From the NCBI GenBank assembly GCA_965218795.1, contig OZ244653.1:4704001-4768000 (forward strand): DNA of 64,000 nt. Reading direction: 5' to 3'. A model generated the notes under the pieces. That model was not told the origin of the DNA, did not search any database, and was given only the letters and a program-made list of their open reading frames with translations. Shown here in pieces: positions 28,369 to 38,019 of the stretch. Position 1 is the stretch's first letter. Each line of letters begins with the position of its first letter. This stretch comes from a bacterium. Its GTDB lineage: Bacteria; UBA8248; JACPRG01; G963555815. Position numbers and translations under genes: made by a program.

Positions 28369-30069
28369 GTGATGGTCGCCGGAAAATCTCCGGATTTTAT
28401 TCTTCTGAACGGCCGAGTGCTGACGTTGGACGAACGTTTCTCGGTTGCCCGAGGACTCGCCGTGCAGGGAAGTCGAATCCAGGCTGTCGGAGGAACCGCC
28501 GCCCTGAGAAGACTGGCCGGCCCTCGTACAGAGGTCCTGGACCTTCGGGGGAAGACCGTCATGCCGGGCTTTGTGGATGCCCACGCTCATATGGACCGTG
28601 AGGGGCTCAAGTCTCTTTACCCCACCGTTGCGGGCGCGCGGTCCATTGAGGATATTCAGTCCATTGTCCGGCAGCAGGTGAAGCGGAAGAAGCCGGGGGA
28701 GTGGATTGTGACCATGCCTTTGGGCGAGCCTCCCTTCTACTTTGATCCCGTGGACACTCTAAGAGAAGGACGCCCGCCCCGACGCGAAGACCTCGATGTC
28801 GCGGCGCCGAGAAATCCGGTTTACATCCGGGGAATCTGGGGGTATTGGGGCCGCCCTCCGATCATCTCCGTGGCGAACAGCCTGGCCCTCCAACTGGCGG
28901 ATATTCATCGGGGGACGCGCCCCCCCCATCGCGCCGTCAAAATTGAAAAAGACCCTCAGACCGGAGAGCCCACCGGTGTCTTCCGGGAGTACAATTTCAT
29001 TCCCACGCTGGAATTCACGCTCTTTCGAATCGTCCCGAGATTCACCGCCTCCGACCGCCTGAAAGCACTCCGTCACTCAATGCGGCTGTACAATGAATCC
29101 GGAATTACCAGTGTTTATGAAGGCCACGGCGTGGCGCCCGAGGTGATATCCGCGTACCAAGAACTCTGGACACGTCGCGAGCAGACGGTCAGGGCCTATC
29201 TGGTTCTCAGTCCGACGTGGCGATCAACCTCTGACGCGGTGCGGGTCATGGCCGACTGGTCTGCTTTTGCAGGTCCGGGATTCGGGGACGATTGGCTCAG
29301 GATCGGAGGCGTTTTCCTGGAATACGGCGGCGACCGACGGTTGAACCGGATCAGGGACCGTGAGTTTCCTTATACGGGGTGGGCGGGTTTCTTCTGCAAG
29401 GCCCATACACCGGAGGAGTACCGCATGCTTGCGGAATTGGCTGTGCGCCACCGCCTCCGAATTCACACCTACGTAGCGGAAGACGTCGAAGCGCCGCTCC
29501 GGATCTTGGAGGATCTTGCGCAGCACGCCCCTTTGAGAGACCTCCGCACCGTCTTTGTCCATCTCCTATTCGCCTCGCGCGATCAAATACGGCGCATGCG
29601 CCGGCTCAACATTCACCCGACCTGCATCCCGTTCAATCACCTCTTCAAGCGAGGGGTGTACCTGTTGGACAATCCTCGCCGGGCCGCCAAAGCAGTCCCC
29701 CTCCGCAGCCTCCTGAAGGCAGGGATTCCAGGCGCATTATCGACGGATAATGTTCCGCACAACCCCATGCGAATCCTTTGGGCCGCCGAGGCAAGGAAGG
29801 AGCGCACCACTGGGCAGGTGCTCGGCACGCAGGAACGCATCCCCCGAGAGGATCTCCTGAGAGGATTCACAAGCCATGGGGCGCACCTCTCCTTCGAGGA
29901 AGAGCAAAAAGGCTCGCTGACGGCAGGCAGGCTGGCCGACCTCATCATCCTCTCCGAGAATCCCCTGAAGGTCTCTACGGAGGAGTTGAAGAACATCGAG
30001 GTGCTGTTGACCATGGTTGGCGGGAGGATTGTCCATCAAAAAGCCGGGGCGTTTCCCGTGGAAATTTGA
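28369..30069 (+). CDS. Amidohydrolase_3 (YtcJ-like) family protein
   Basis: PGFVDAHAH, GEPTGVFRE, STD, KGSLTAGRLADLIIL, TMVGGRIV. Confidence 0.88.
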   Translation: MMVAGKSPDFILLNGRVLTLDERFSVARGLAVQGSRIQAVGGTAALRRLAGPRTEVLDLRGKTVMPGFVDAHAHMDREGLKSLYPTVAGARSIEDIQSIVRQQVKRKKPGEWIVTMPLGEPPFYFDPVDTLREGRPPRREDLDVAAPRNPVYIRGIWGYWGRPPIISVANSLALQLADIHRGTRPPHRAVKIEKDPQTGEPTGVFREYNFIPTLEFTLFRIVPRFTASDRLKALRHSMRLYNESGITSVYEGHGVAPEVISAYQELWTRREQTVRAYLVLSPTWRSTSDAVRVMADWSAFAGPGFGDDWLRIGGVFLEYGGDRRLNRIRDREFPYTGWAGFFCKAHTPEEYRMLAELAVRHRLRIHTYVAEDVEAPLRILEDLAQHAPLRDLRTVFVHLLFASRDQIRRMRRLNIHPTCIPFNHLFKRGVYLLDNPRRAAKAVPLRSLLKAGIPGALSTDNVPHNPMRILWAAEARKERTTGQVLGTQERIPREDLLRGFTSHGAHLSFEEEQKGSLTAGRLADLIILSENPLKVSTEELKNIEVLLTMVGGRIVHQKAGAFPVEI

Positions 30070-30354
30070 GGGCTGTCGAATGAAGGTCCAAAGTCACAGT
30101 TCGTCCTCTTGAGGATTTGTAGAACGACATTCTTGAACGGTCGTTGAATATCGAGGCGTTCGACGAAGAGAACAATCGCCGGGATGGCCTGGTGATGGGT
30201 TGCAGGCCCCGAGAGCAGGCTTGCCGAAATGCCTGATGGGGCGTGAAGAACGGCATCATGCAAGGAGCTTCCGGGCTGAAGGGAACTGGCGGGCTCCCTT
30301 CGAAATCATCCTCGTTTCGATGTTGGGACAACGCGCGGTTCGGAGAGGATTCTG

Positions 30355-31920
30355 ATGGTTTCCCAGCGACCACTGATCATGGGGCGGCGGGGAGTGATCA
30401 CCTCCGGCCATCACTTGGCTACGCTGGCCGGTGCGGAAATATTCAAAGCGGGCGGAAACGCGATGGATGCCGCCCTTGCCGCCGCTGCCGTATTGGCGGT
30501 GGTTCGCCCCCATGCATGTGGGATTGGCGGGGACGTATTCATCCTTGCAGCGACTTCGGACGGGGAGGTTCAGGCGATCAACGGATCGGGCCCCGCCCCC
30601 CAGGCCGTCCGTCGCGACCTTTTCCCACAGGGCGTTCCGATGCGAGGTCCCCTGGCCAGCACGACCCCCGGCTGTGTTGACGGTTGGTGTCGGGCGCTCG
30701 AGAAGTTCGGGACCCTGTCTTGGACCCGGATTCTGGCGTCCGCAATCGCTTTGGCCGACGAAGGGTTCTGTGTCTATCCCAAGCTGCGGACGCACATTGA
30801 GGAATCCGCGTCATTCTTGCGCGAATCCCCGAAAGCGGCCGAAATCTTTTTGCCCGGCGGGCGAGTCCCGAGAGAAGGGGAAGTCCTGCGCCAGCCGGAC
30901 CTCGCGCGAAGCCTCGGAGCCATCGCCGAGGGGGGCCGGGACGCCTTCTATCGGGGCGAGGTCGGGAGAAGTATGGTCAATGGTCTGAAAGCGCTCGGGG
31001 GGTTCATGAGCGCTCAGGATCTATCGAGCTGCCGTTCTTTCGAGGTTGAACCCCTTTCCGTTGCGTACCGGGGCTACGATGTCTATCAGATGCCTCCGAG
31101 TTCCTGGGGACTGCTCCACCTCCTGCAGCTCCAAGTGCTGGAAGGATTCGATCTGGCATCGCTGGGAGTCGGTTCCCCCGGATTGCTTCATTTACAAATG
31201 GAGGCCCAACGGGTTGCCTTCGCCGAAGCAAGGCCCTTCATTGCCGATCCGGACCATTCCGACCTTCCAGTGAATCGACTGTTTTCACAAGAGTTCGCAG
31301 AGGGCCTGCGAAACCGGATCCGCATCGATCGGGCAGACGGAGCACCGGCGGGAGGCCCCCGGGCGGATACAAGTTATCTCGCAACTGCGGATGAGAAGGG
31401 AACCATGGTTTCCCTGATCCAGAGCGTATTTCAGGTGTTTGGCAGCGGCGTGGTTGCAGGCGATACCGGAATCGTCATGAACGATCGCCTCATGGGTTTC
31501 ACATTGGAAGAAGGGCACGCGAACGTGCTGGCTCCCGGGAAGCGTCCGGCGCATACTTTGAGCCCGGCCCTCATCTGCAAGGATGGCCTTCCGCGATTTG
31601 CCTTGGGCAGTCCGGGAGGGGCGGCGCAAACAGTGACCGCCACTCAGATTACTTGCAATCTGCTGGATTTTTTGCTCTCGCCGCAGGAGGCTGTGGAGCT
31701 TCCTCGATGGTCGGTTGACGAAAAAGGCCGGCTGGGGGTCGAGGAAACCTTCCCCCCGGAGACTTGTAGAATATTGGCGGAAACAGGCCACGAGATTTCC
31801 CTCCTGCCCACGGGCGCCCTCTTGCCGGGATCGGCCAAGGTGGCTGCAATCGACCCGCACACGGGAGCACTGACGGCAGCCGCCGATGGGAGACGCGACG
31901 TCTACGCGTTGGGCCTGTAG
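30355..31920 (+). CDS. Gamma-glutamyltransferase family Ntn hydrolase
   Basis: GGNAMDAA, GIGGD, DTSY (Thr nucleophile), FGSG, PGKRP.HTL, GSPGG, ADGRRD. Confidence 0.9.
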   Translation: MVSQRPLIMGRRGVITSGHHLATLAGAEIFKAGGNAMDAALAAAAVLAVVRPHACGIGGDVFILAATSDGEVQAINGSGPAPQAVRRDLFPQGVPMRGPLASTTPGCVDGWCRALEKFGTLSWTRILASAIALADEGFCVYPKLRTHIEESASFLRESPKAAEIFLPGGRVPREGEVLRQPDLARSLGAIAEGGRDAFYRGEVGRSMVNGLKALGGFMSAQDLSSCRSFEVEPLSVAYRGYDVYQMPPSSWGLLHLLQLQVLEGFDLASLGVGSPGLLHLQMEAQRVAFAEARPFIADPDHSDLPVNRLFSQEFAEGLRNRIRIDRADGAPAGGPRADTSYLATADEKGTMVSLIQSVFQVFGSGVVAGDTGIVMNDRLMGFTLEEGHANVLAPGKRPAHTLSPALICKDGLPRFALGSPGGAAQTVTATQITCNLLDFLLSPQEAVELPRWSVDEKGRLGVEETFPPETCRILAETGHEISLLPTGALLPGSAKVAAIDPHTGALTAAADGRRDVYALGL

Positions 31921-32274
31921 ACCTTCCGCAAGAGCGCGCGAGTACGCTCAACCTCCCGTCTCATCGTGATCGACGTATGGTCTACCCGTCATGCTCTCTG
32001 GTGGTCGGGAAGACCCAGGAACAGTCCGCGCGTGTCCGATTTCGCAAGGGCGGAGGCGCGCAGGTGATTCGGACGGAATCGATCCAGGAGGATTGAGAGC
32101 ATATGGTAAAGTTGGAATCCATGGATTCGTCGGAGTCCGCAGCGCGCCTGAACGGGGCTCATCCGTTACATCCCGGTTAGGGACGAAGGGGGATTCGGGC
32201 AGCGGGAATGCGCGCCATGGGTTATCCCGAAGGCGGAGTCCTATTCGTTCCTGACTGCTTTGGGTAAACCAGTC

Positions 32275-33459
32275 ATGACAAATTCTCTCTCGCAACGCCT
32301 GCGCCAATCCATCGAGAACTTTCAAGAAGAGAAAAGGTATCGGACAGTCCCAATTCTGGAATCGGCCCAGAGCGCTCACGTCCGAATGAACGGACGGGAG
32401 GTCATCATGCTCTCCTCCAACAACTACCTTGGACTGGCCGATCATCCCAAGCTGGTGGAGGCCGCTCGGGAAGGGCTCCGCCGGTACGGGTGCGGGACGG
32501 CATCGGTCCGTTTCATTTGCGGAACCTTGGACATACACCGGGAGCTGGAAGGGAGGATTGCGGAATTCGTCGGCGCGGAGGAAGCTCTTCTGTATTCGTC
32601 CTGCGCGGCTGCGAATGAAGGGTTGATCCCGGCGCTGATGGGGGAGGGCGACCTGATTTGCAGTGATGCCCTCAATCACGCCAGCATCATTGACGGCATC
32701 CGCCTGAGTCGCGCCGATCGGCACATCTATCCTCACCGGGACCTCAGGGCCTTGGAAGAAGGGCTTGAGAATCATCAGGACGCGGGTCTCAAGATGGTCG
32801 TGACCGATGGCGTTTTCAGTATGGAAGGAGATTTGGCGCCTCTGCCGGAGATGGCTGCCCTGGCCGCCCGTTATGGCGCATTCCTGGTGGTGGACGAGTC
32901 TCACGCCCTCGGGATCCTGGGCGGTCGCGGGAGGGGGACGGCCGAGCATCTTGGTGTCGAAGATCAGGTCCAGATTCAAACGGGCACATTGGGTAAATCT
33001 TTGGGCGGCGCGATGGGCGGATATATAGCGGGCAGCCGAGACCTCATCGATTTTCTGACCCAAAGCTCGCGGCCCTACATCTTCTCGAACGCCCTGCCAC
33101 CGGCCGTTGTTTTCGTTGGGATGGCGGCCCTCGAACTGATCCGGGAGGATCCGGCTCCCCGGATTCGACTCATGGAAAATACCGAATACTTCCGAAAGGA
33201 AATGACCCTCGCCGGTTTCGAAATCATCGAGGGGTTCCACCCGATCGTCCCCGTCATGATCGGAGACACTCCAAAAGCGCTGGAGATGAGCGCCGCGCTT
33301 TTCGAAGAGGGTATCTTCGTCACCGGCTTCGGCTTTCCAGTCGTCCCGAAAGGGGAGGCCCGCCTCCGGGCGCAAATCTCCGCCGGACACAACCGGGAAG
33401 ACCTGGACCGTTGCCTCGAAGCCTTTCGGAGGGCGGGAAAACGGCTCGACATTATCTAG
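32275..33459 (+). CDS. kbl: Glycine C-acetyltransferase (2-amino-3-ketobutyrate CoA ligase)
   Basis: NNYLGL, ASVRFICGT, NHASIIDG, DESHA, TLGK, RPYIFSN, FPVVPKGEARLRAQISA. Confidence 0.88.
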   Translation: MTNSLSQRLRQSIENFQEEKRYRTVPILESAQSAHVRMNGREVIMLSSNNYLGLADHPKLVEAAREGLRRYGCGTASVRFICGTLDIHRELEGRIAEFVGAEEALLYSSCAAANEGLIPALMGEGDLICSDALNHASIIDGIRLSRADRHIYPHRDLRALEEGLENHQDAGLKMVVTDGVFSMEGDLAPLPEMAALAARYGAFLVVDESHALGILGGRGRGTAEHLGVEDQVQIQTGTLGKSLGGAMGGYIAGSRDLIDFLTQSSRPYIFSNALPPAVVFVGMAALELIREDPAPRIRLMENTEYFRKEMTLAGFEIIEGFHPIVPVMIGDTPKALEMSAALFEEGIFVTGFGFPVVPKGEARLRAQISAGHNREDLDRCLEAFRRAGKRLDII

Positions 33460-33545
33460 AAACATGCAGCGAGAAATCCCTGTCATGAGACCGGTCATCA
33501 AGAGAATCGAATTGATTCAAAGTCATTTGGAGGGAGTTCGAGCCC

Positions 33546-34442
33546 ATGACTGATAAACGCCGCGAGCGGCAGGTATACGTGAATGGTCAGTTTTTTCCTG
33601 AAAGCCAGGCATCGATTTCGGTCTTCGATCACGGTCTCCTTTATGGAGACGGTATTTATGACACGATGTGCTCGTGGAACCATTCGGTATTTCGCCTTGG
33701 AGAGCACATCGATCGGCTCTACCGCTCCGCGCACGCCGTCAAAATCAAAATTCCGCTGACCAAGAAAAAATTCTCAGAAGCCGTTATCGAGACGGTTCGG
33801 CGATCGAAGTTGAAAAACGCTTACATCAAATGCGTTGTCACGCGAGGCGTGGGACCGCAGCCTTTGCTGGATCCCCGCGGGTGCAAGCCGACGGTCATCA
33901 TATTCTGCCGCCCCTACATGTGGCTGGCGGGGTCGGGGAAGGGCATCGGAATTCGCTGCAAGATCACCCAGACCCGCCAGATCCCCAATGACGCTCTCAG
34001 CCGGCAGGTCAAGAACCTGAACTACATGAATTTTGTACTGGCAAAGCTTGAGGCCATAGAGACCGGGTTCGACAATGCATTGATGCCGAACCTGGCCGGA
34101 GAGGTGCTGGAGGGTCCGGGGCTCAATTTCTTCCTCGTGAAGGAAGGAACCTTGGTGACGCCTCCGAGGGGGGAGATCCTGGAAGGCATCACACGGACAG
34201 CCATCATGGACATGGCCGACGAGCTCGGAATTCCCGTCCAGGAAAGAAGCTTGTCCCCCTTTGATTGTTACACGGCCGACGAGGCGTTTTTTTGCAGCAC
34301 GGCCGGGGGGGTGGTTCCGATTATCGACATCGACGGCCGGAGGGTCGGCAATGGAAGGATGGGTCGAATTTCTTCAAAACTGGAGCGCACCTACTTCGAA
34401 TGGCTGGATTCCCGGCGGGACGGGACTCCCGTTGCTGGGTAA
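33546..34442 (+). CDS. PLP fold-type IV aminotransferase (BCAT/R-amine transaminase family)
   Basis: DHGLLYGDGIYDT, HIDRL, KNLNY, EGPGLN, LEGITR, ADEAFFCST. Confidence 0.88.
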   Translation: MTDKRRERQVYVNGQFFPESQASISVFDHGLLYGDGIYDTMCSWNHSVFRLGEHIDRLYRSAHAVKIKIPLTKKKFSEAVIETVRRSKLKNAYIKCVVTRGVGPQPLLDPRGCKPTVIIFCRPYMWLAGSGKGIGIRCKITQTRQIPNDALSRQVKNLNYMNFVLAKLEAIETGFDNALMPNLAGEVLEGPGLNFFLVKEGTLVTPPRGEILEGITRTAIMDMADELGIPVQERSLSPFDCYTADEAFFCSTAGGVVPIIDIDGRRVGNGRMGRISSKLERTYFEWLDSRRDGTPVAG

Positions 34443-34584
34443 TCCTCCGGAAGGCTGACCGACCAACCAGATCTCGGCGATCTGCAAACCAGTTTCTGTG
34501 AAGGGCACGATATGGTTGTGTCCCCACGCTCTTCGGGCTGTGCCGCGGTCACGATCCTTCACCCATCAACCCGGAAGAACCGAC

Positions 34585-34974
34585 ATGATCATCAGGCGAT
34601 TGGAAGAGATGCGGGGAACCGCGTGCGATGTGACGGAGAAAGACCGGTGGAACTCCGTGCGCATGTTGGTGGCCCGTGATGGAATGGGATTCTCCTTCCA
34701 CGTCACGACCATCTTCGCGGGAGCATCGCTTACCCTTTGCTATCGACACCATCTCGAAGCCGTCTATTGCCTTTCAGGCTCCGGCGAACTCACTTATGAC
34801 GAGGGCCGCGCCGCGCAGAAGATTGTACCCGGAACCCTCTACGCTCTCGATCGTCATGACAGGCACAAGATCACCGCCTCCGAAGAGCTGCGCCTCGTGT
34901 GCGTTTTCAATCCCGCCGTCGCCGGACACGAGACGCATGATGCCGGGGGCGGCTACGAGCCGGCCTTTGACTGA
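34585..34974 (+). CDS. ectC: Ectoine synthase-type cupin (solitary EctC)
   Basis: WNSVRML, DGMGFSFHVT, YRHHLEAVYC, PGTLYALDRHDRH, CVFNP, GHETHD. Confidence 0.85.
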   Translation: MIIRRLEEMRGTACDVTEKDRWNSVRMLVARDGMGFSFHVTTIFAGASLTLCYRHHLEAVYCLSGSGELTYDEGRAAQKIVPGTLYALDRHDRHKITASEELRLVCVFNPAVAGHETHDAGGGYEPAFD

Positions 34975-34990
34975 GGTCGCAATAAGGAAT

Positions 34991-35345
34991 GTGGACCCAT
35001 GCCCAGAGCGCGCAGGGGTGACTGGATTGAGCCTGCTCCCGAAGGCTTGAGTCGGGGACGAATCAGGGCGGCGGGCCTGCCTCGCCTGCTTCAACAGACG
35101 GGTTGCGCGGGGTGTGGATTCCCGCTGGAGCCTGTCCCCTCATGGATCCAGCGGGGGCGGGAATGACGAGGTGGGGGGCCAGCGCGGCTCTGGCTGTCAT
35201 TCCTGCGCAAGCAGGAATCCAGGGCGTTTGGAAGGTCCGATATTTAAACCGATCAAGGGCAAAGATTGTGAACGTGCCGGAATATGGATTCCCGCTTTCG
35301 CCTGTCTGCCCCTGCCTCGCCAGCTTCAGCAGGCAGGTCGGCAGG
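34991..35345. repeat. Cluster of palindromic GTCATTCC..GGAATCCAG (REP/dRS3-like) elements with nested CCTG hairpins, left of the ankyrin gene
   Basis: GTCATTCCTGCGCAAGCAGGAATCCAG 35196-35222; TGGATTCCCGC..GCGGGAATGAC 35115-35167; TGGATTCCCGC at 35285; GCCTGCTCCCGAAGGCTTGAGTCGGGG ~35031-35057. Confidence 0.75.
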
Positions 35346-35368
35346 CTGTACCAAAGATGGGGGAGAAG

Positions 35369-36163
35369 ATGATGTTACTTGTCAGGCCGTTCTTCATGGG
35401 GTTCTGCCTGTGGCTCGCCGCGTGGATGAGCGCAGCCCCGGCGGTAGCGGCGGGGGTTTCATGCGAGGACTGGAACACGGAGGAATTCTTCAAGCGCGCC
35501 GGCGCGGCGGACATCTCCCGCTGCCTGAAGGCCGGGGCCGACGTGAACGCGCGGACTAAAAACGGATTTACACCCCTGCACCGGGCGGCGGAGCACAGCA
35601 CAACCCCTGCGGTCGTGACGGTCCTGGTGAAGGCCGGGGCCGACGTGAACGCGCGGACTAAAAACGGATTTACACCCCTGCACCGGGCGGCGGAGCACAG
35701 CACAACCCCTGCGGTCGTGACGGTCCTGGTGAAGGCCGGGGCCGACGTGAACGCGCGGACTAAAATCGGATGGACACCCCTGTACGTGGCGGCGAGGAAC
35801 AGCACAACCCCTGCAATCGTGACCGCCCTGCTGAAGGCCGGGGCCGATGTGAACGCGCGGACTGAATTCGGATTGACACCCCTGCACTGGATGGCGGTGT
35901 TCAGCGAAACCCCGGCAATCGTGACGGCCCTGCTGGATGCCGGGGCCGACCCCAACGCGCGGGATGAAGACGGATGGACACCCCTGCATGCGGCGGCGGT
36001 GTTCAGCACAACCCCTGCGGTCGCGGCAGCCCTGTTGGATGCCGGGGCCGACCCCGCGGCAAGAGACAAGGCGGGCAAAACGCCGTGGGGCTTGATACAA
36101 ACGGATTCCCCGCTCAAGGGGACGGATGTCTACTGGCGGCTGAACGAGGGGCGGTTCAGATAG
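35369..36163 (+). CDS. Secreted ankyrin-repeat protein
   Basis: Signal peptide ending APAVAA; five 34-aa repeats GADVNAR..G.TPLH.AA; GGGGAG RBS. Confidence 0.92.
   Translation: MMLLVRPFFMGFCLWLAAWMSAAPAVAAGVSCEDWNTEEFFKRAGAADISRCLKAGADVNARTKNGFTPLHRAAEHSTTPAVVTVLVKAGADVNARTKNGFTPLHRAAEHSTTPAVVTVLVKAGADVNARTKIGWTPLYVAARNSTTPAIVTALLKAGADVNARTEFGLTPLHWMAVFSETPAIVTALLDAGADPNARDEDGWTPLHAAAVFSTTPAVAAALLDAGADPAARDKAGKTPWGLIQTDSPLKGTDVYWRLNEGRFR
35526..36080 (+). repeat. 102-bp tandem ankyrin-coding repeats; the first two are identical
   Basis: TGAAGGCCGGGGCCGACGTGAACGCGCGGACTAAAA starts at 35526, 35628 and 35730. Confidence 0.9.
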
Positions 36164-36390
36164 CCCCGATTTCCTCCCCAAAACGCACCCTGAAAGCGCC
36201 TGGAAATGACGGTTTCCGGACCGTTTCCCCTGTTTTCCCGAAAACTTCACAATGATTTCTTTTTCGGCCCGGACGCCCGAATGTCTCCTGACCTCTTGAT
36301 TCTACGTATCCCGCCCCGCCCGGTCCCGCCTGATCCCATTCACGATTATTTTTGTCTCTCCACAGACATTCGGGGGCAGGCCCCCTGCTT

Positions 36391-36567
36391 CTGGATTCCC
36401 GCCGCAGCCTGTCCCCGAAGGCTTCAGTCGGGGGGGATGACGGGCTGGGGAGTTGTGTGACTCTGTTTGGTCATTCCTGCCCATGCCTGTCCTCGAGTGC
36501 TTTTTTCGGGGCAGGAACCCATTCGGCAGACTCTTTGTCTGTCATTCCTGCGAAAGCAGGAATCCAG
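36391..36567. repeat. Second palindromic element cluster, right of the ankyrin gene
   Basis: CTGGATTCCCGCC[GCAGCCTGTCCCCGAAGGCTTCAGTCGGGG]GGGATGAC; GTCATTCCTGCC[..CCTGTCCTCGA..TCGGG]GCAGGAACCCA; GTCATTCCTGCGAAAGCAGGAATCCAG 36541-36567. Confidence 0.8.
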
Positions 36568-36796
36568 AGCGTTCGAGTAGAGGGGCTGCGAGGGAAGGAC
36601 GAAGCAGAAGGGCGGCGGGGACCCTCTGAACAGTTGGCCTCTGCCGCGGGGCCTGGCGCGGCGAAATCGGAGCGGCGCGTTGCCGCCGCCTCTTCGCGGC
36701 GTGCGTTCTGCGCGTCAGGTGAATCTCTGAGCCGGAGGCGTTACAATGCCGGCTGTTCCGTTACGCGGGGTCCAGGATTCATGAGAGGAGGAAGCC

Positions 36797-37585
36797 ATGC
36801 CGAAAGCATCGGTCAACGGTATTGAACTTCATTATGAAATTCATGGGGAGGGCGACCCGGTCATGCTGATCACGGGTCTGGGAGGCTCCGGCAGGGGATG
36901 GGGTCCGCAAGTCCCTCTTTTCGCGAAAGATTATCTGACCATCGTTCCGGACCATCGGGGCGCAGGCCAGACGACATTTGCCGAAGACGGCTACACGATT
37001 GAACAGCATGCTTCCGACATGGCGGAGACGCTCCGGACGCTGGATTGCGGTCCGGCTCACATCATCGGCTCATCCACCGGCGGAGCCATCGCAACGGTGA
37101 TGGCCCTTGATGATCCCGATGTCGTGCGCTCGATCGTCGTGTGTTCGTCGTGGGCGAAAACGGACGATTTTTTCCGCCATCAATTCGAGACACGCAAGTT
37201 GACGCTTGTCGACTCGGGTGTCAGGGCCGCTGCGGAGGCGAATGCGCTGTTTCTTTTCGCTCCGACCTATTTGCGCGATCATTACGACAAGGTACAGGAA
37301 TGGATCGAAATGGTTTCTTCCATCCCCGGGGATGTCGACATCATGGTGAAGCGGATCGATATGATCATCGCTCACGACCAGTTGAGCCGTCTGCCTGGTA
37401 TGCAAACGCCCTGTTTGGTGATTGTGGGGAAAGAAGATTTCTGCACCCCTCCCTATCTTTCGGAAGAATTGGCCGGTGCGATTCCCGGAGCGGAGTTGGC
37501 TGTTCTTGAGGGGGGCCATTTCTTCTACATGGAGCGTCCCGCGGAGTTCCACGATCGGGTCCGGGATTTCATCGAAAAACATTAG
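36797..37585 (+). CDS. Alpha/beta hydrolase, RutD/PcaD-like
   Basis: GLGGSGRGW.PQ, DHRGAG, GSSTGG, GKEDF, GGHF; GAGGAGG RBS. Confidence 0.85.
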   Translation: MPKASVNGIELHYEIHGEGDPVMLITGLGGSGRGWGPQVPLFAKDYLTIVPDHRGAGQTTFAEDGYTIEQHASDMAETLRTLDCGPAHIIGSSTGGAIATVMALDDPDVVRSIVVCSSWAKTDDFFRHQFETRKLTLVDSGVRAAAEANALFLFAPTYLRDHYDKVQEWIEMVSSIPGDVDIMVKRIDMIIAHDQLSRLPGMQTPCLVIVGKEDFCTPPYLSEELAGAIPGAELAVLEGGHFFYMERPAEFHDRVRDFIEKH

Positions 37586-37637
37586 GGATTGCGGGTCTGG
37601 AACAAGGGCGCAGGGGGGAGATGGGGACACCGGCGCG

Positions 37638-37962
37638 ATGCCCGGAGTGGAAGCCAACGGAATCGGAGTCCATTATGAAGTTTACGGGGAAGGAGAACCC
37701 CTGGTTCTTCTCGCCGGAGGGGTGGGTTTTGGCGCTTCCCGGGGCCCTCGGAATCCCTCTGGTTGCGGAAGACTTTCTGACGATCGTGCCGGATCACCGT
37801 GGAACCGGCCGGTCGAGCGTCCCCGACGGTCCGTATACCATCGAGGATCACGCTCAGGATATGGCTGGGATGTTGCGGTCAATCGGTTGCGGGCCTGCCC
37901 ACATCGTGGTCTCCTCGACGGGGGGCGCCATCGCGCAGGTCATGGCGCTCGATCATCTCTGA
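37638..37962 (+). pseudogene. Truncated, frameshifted duplicate of the preceding hydrolase
   Basis: MPGVEANGIGVHYEVYGEGEP.. shifts frame at ~37752 into IPLVAEDFLTIVPDHRGTG..SSTGGAIAQVMALDHL*; the C-terminal half is missing. Confidence 0.8.
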
Positions 37963-38019
37963 ATGAGCCGACGAAGGCTGCAACCCGGGGGACCTTCCGC
38001 CTGAGAGGGAGGGCTCAAT

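Noticed and set aside
31921-32274. Riboswitch or leader peptide upstream of kbl
   Set aside because: No glycine, SAM or TPP riboswitch consensus recognised; the 25-codon ORF present is featureless.
35114-35368. 85-aa N-terminal extension of the ankyrin ORF
   Set aside because: It is translated palindromic repeat sequence (MDSR.., WIPAFA); the RBS and signal peptide begin at about 35369.
34991-36567. Possible CRISPR array
   Set aside because: Repeats alternate in orientation, vary in length, lack regular spacers, and no cas genes are present.
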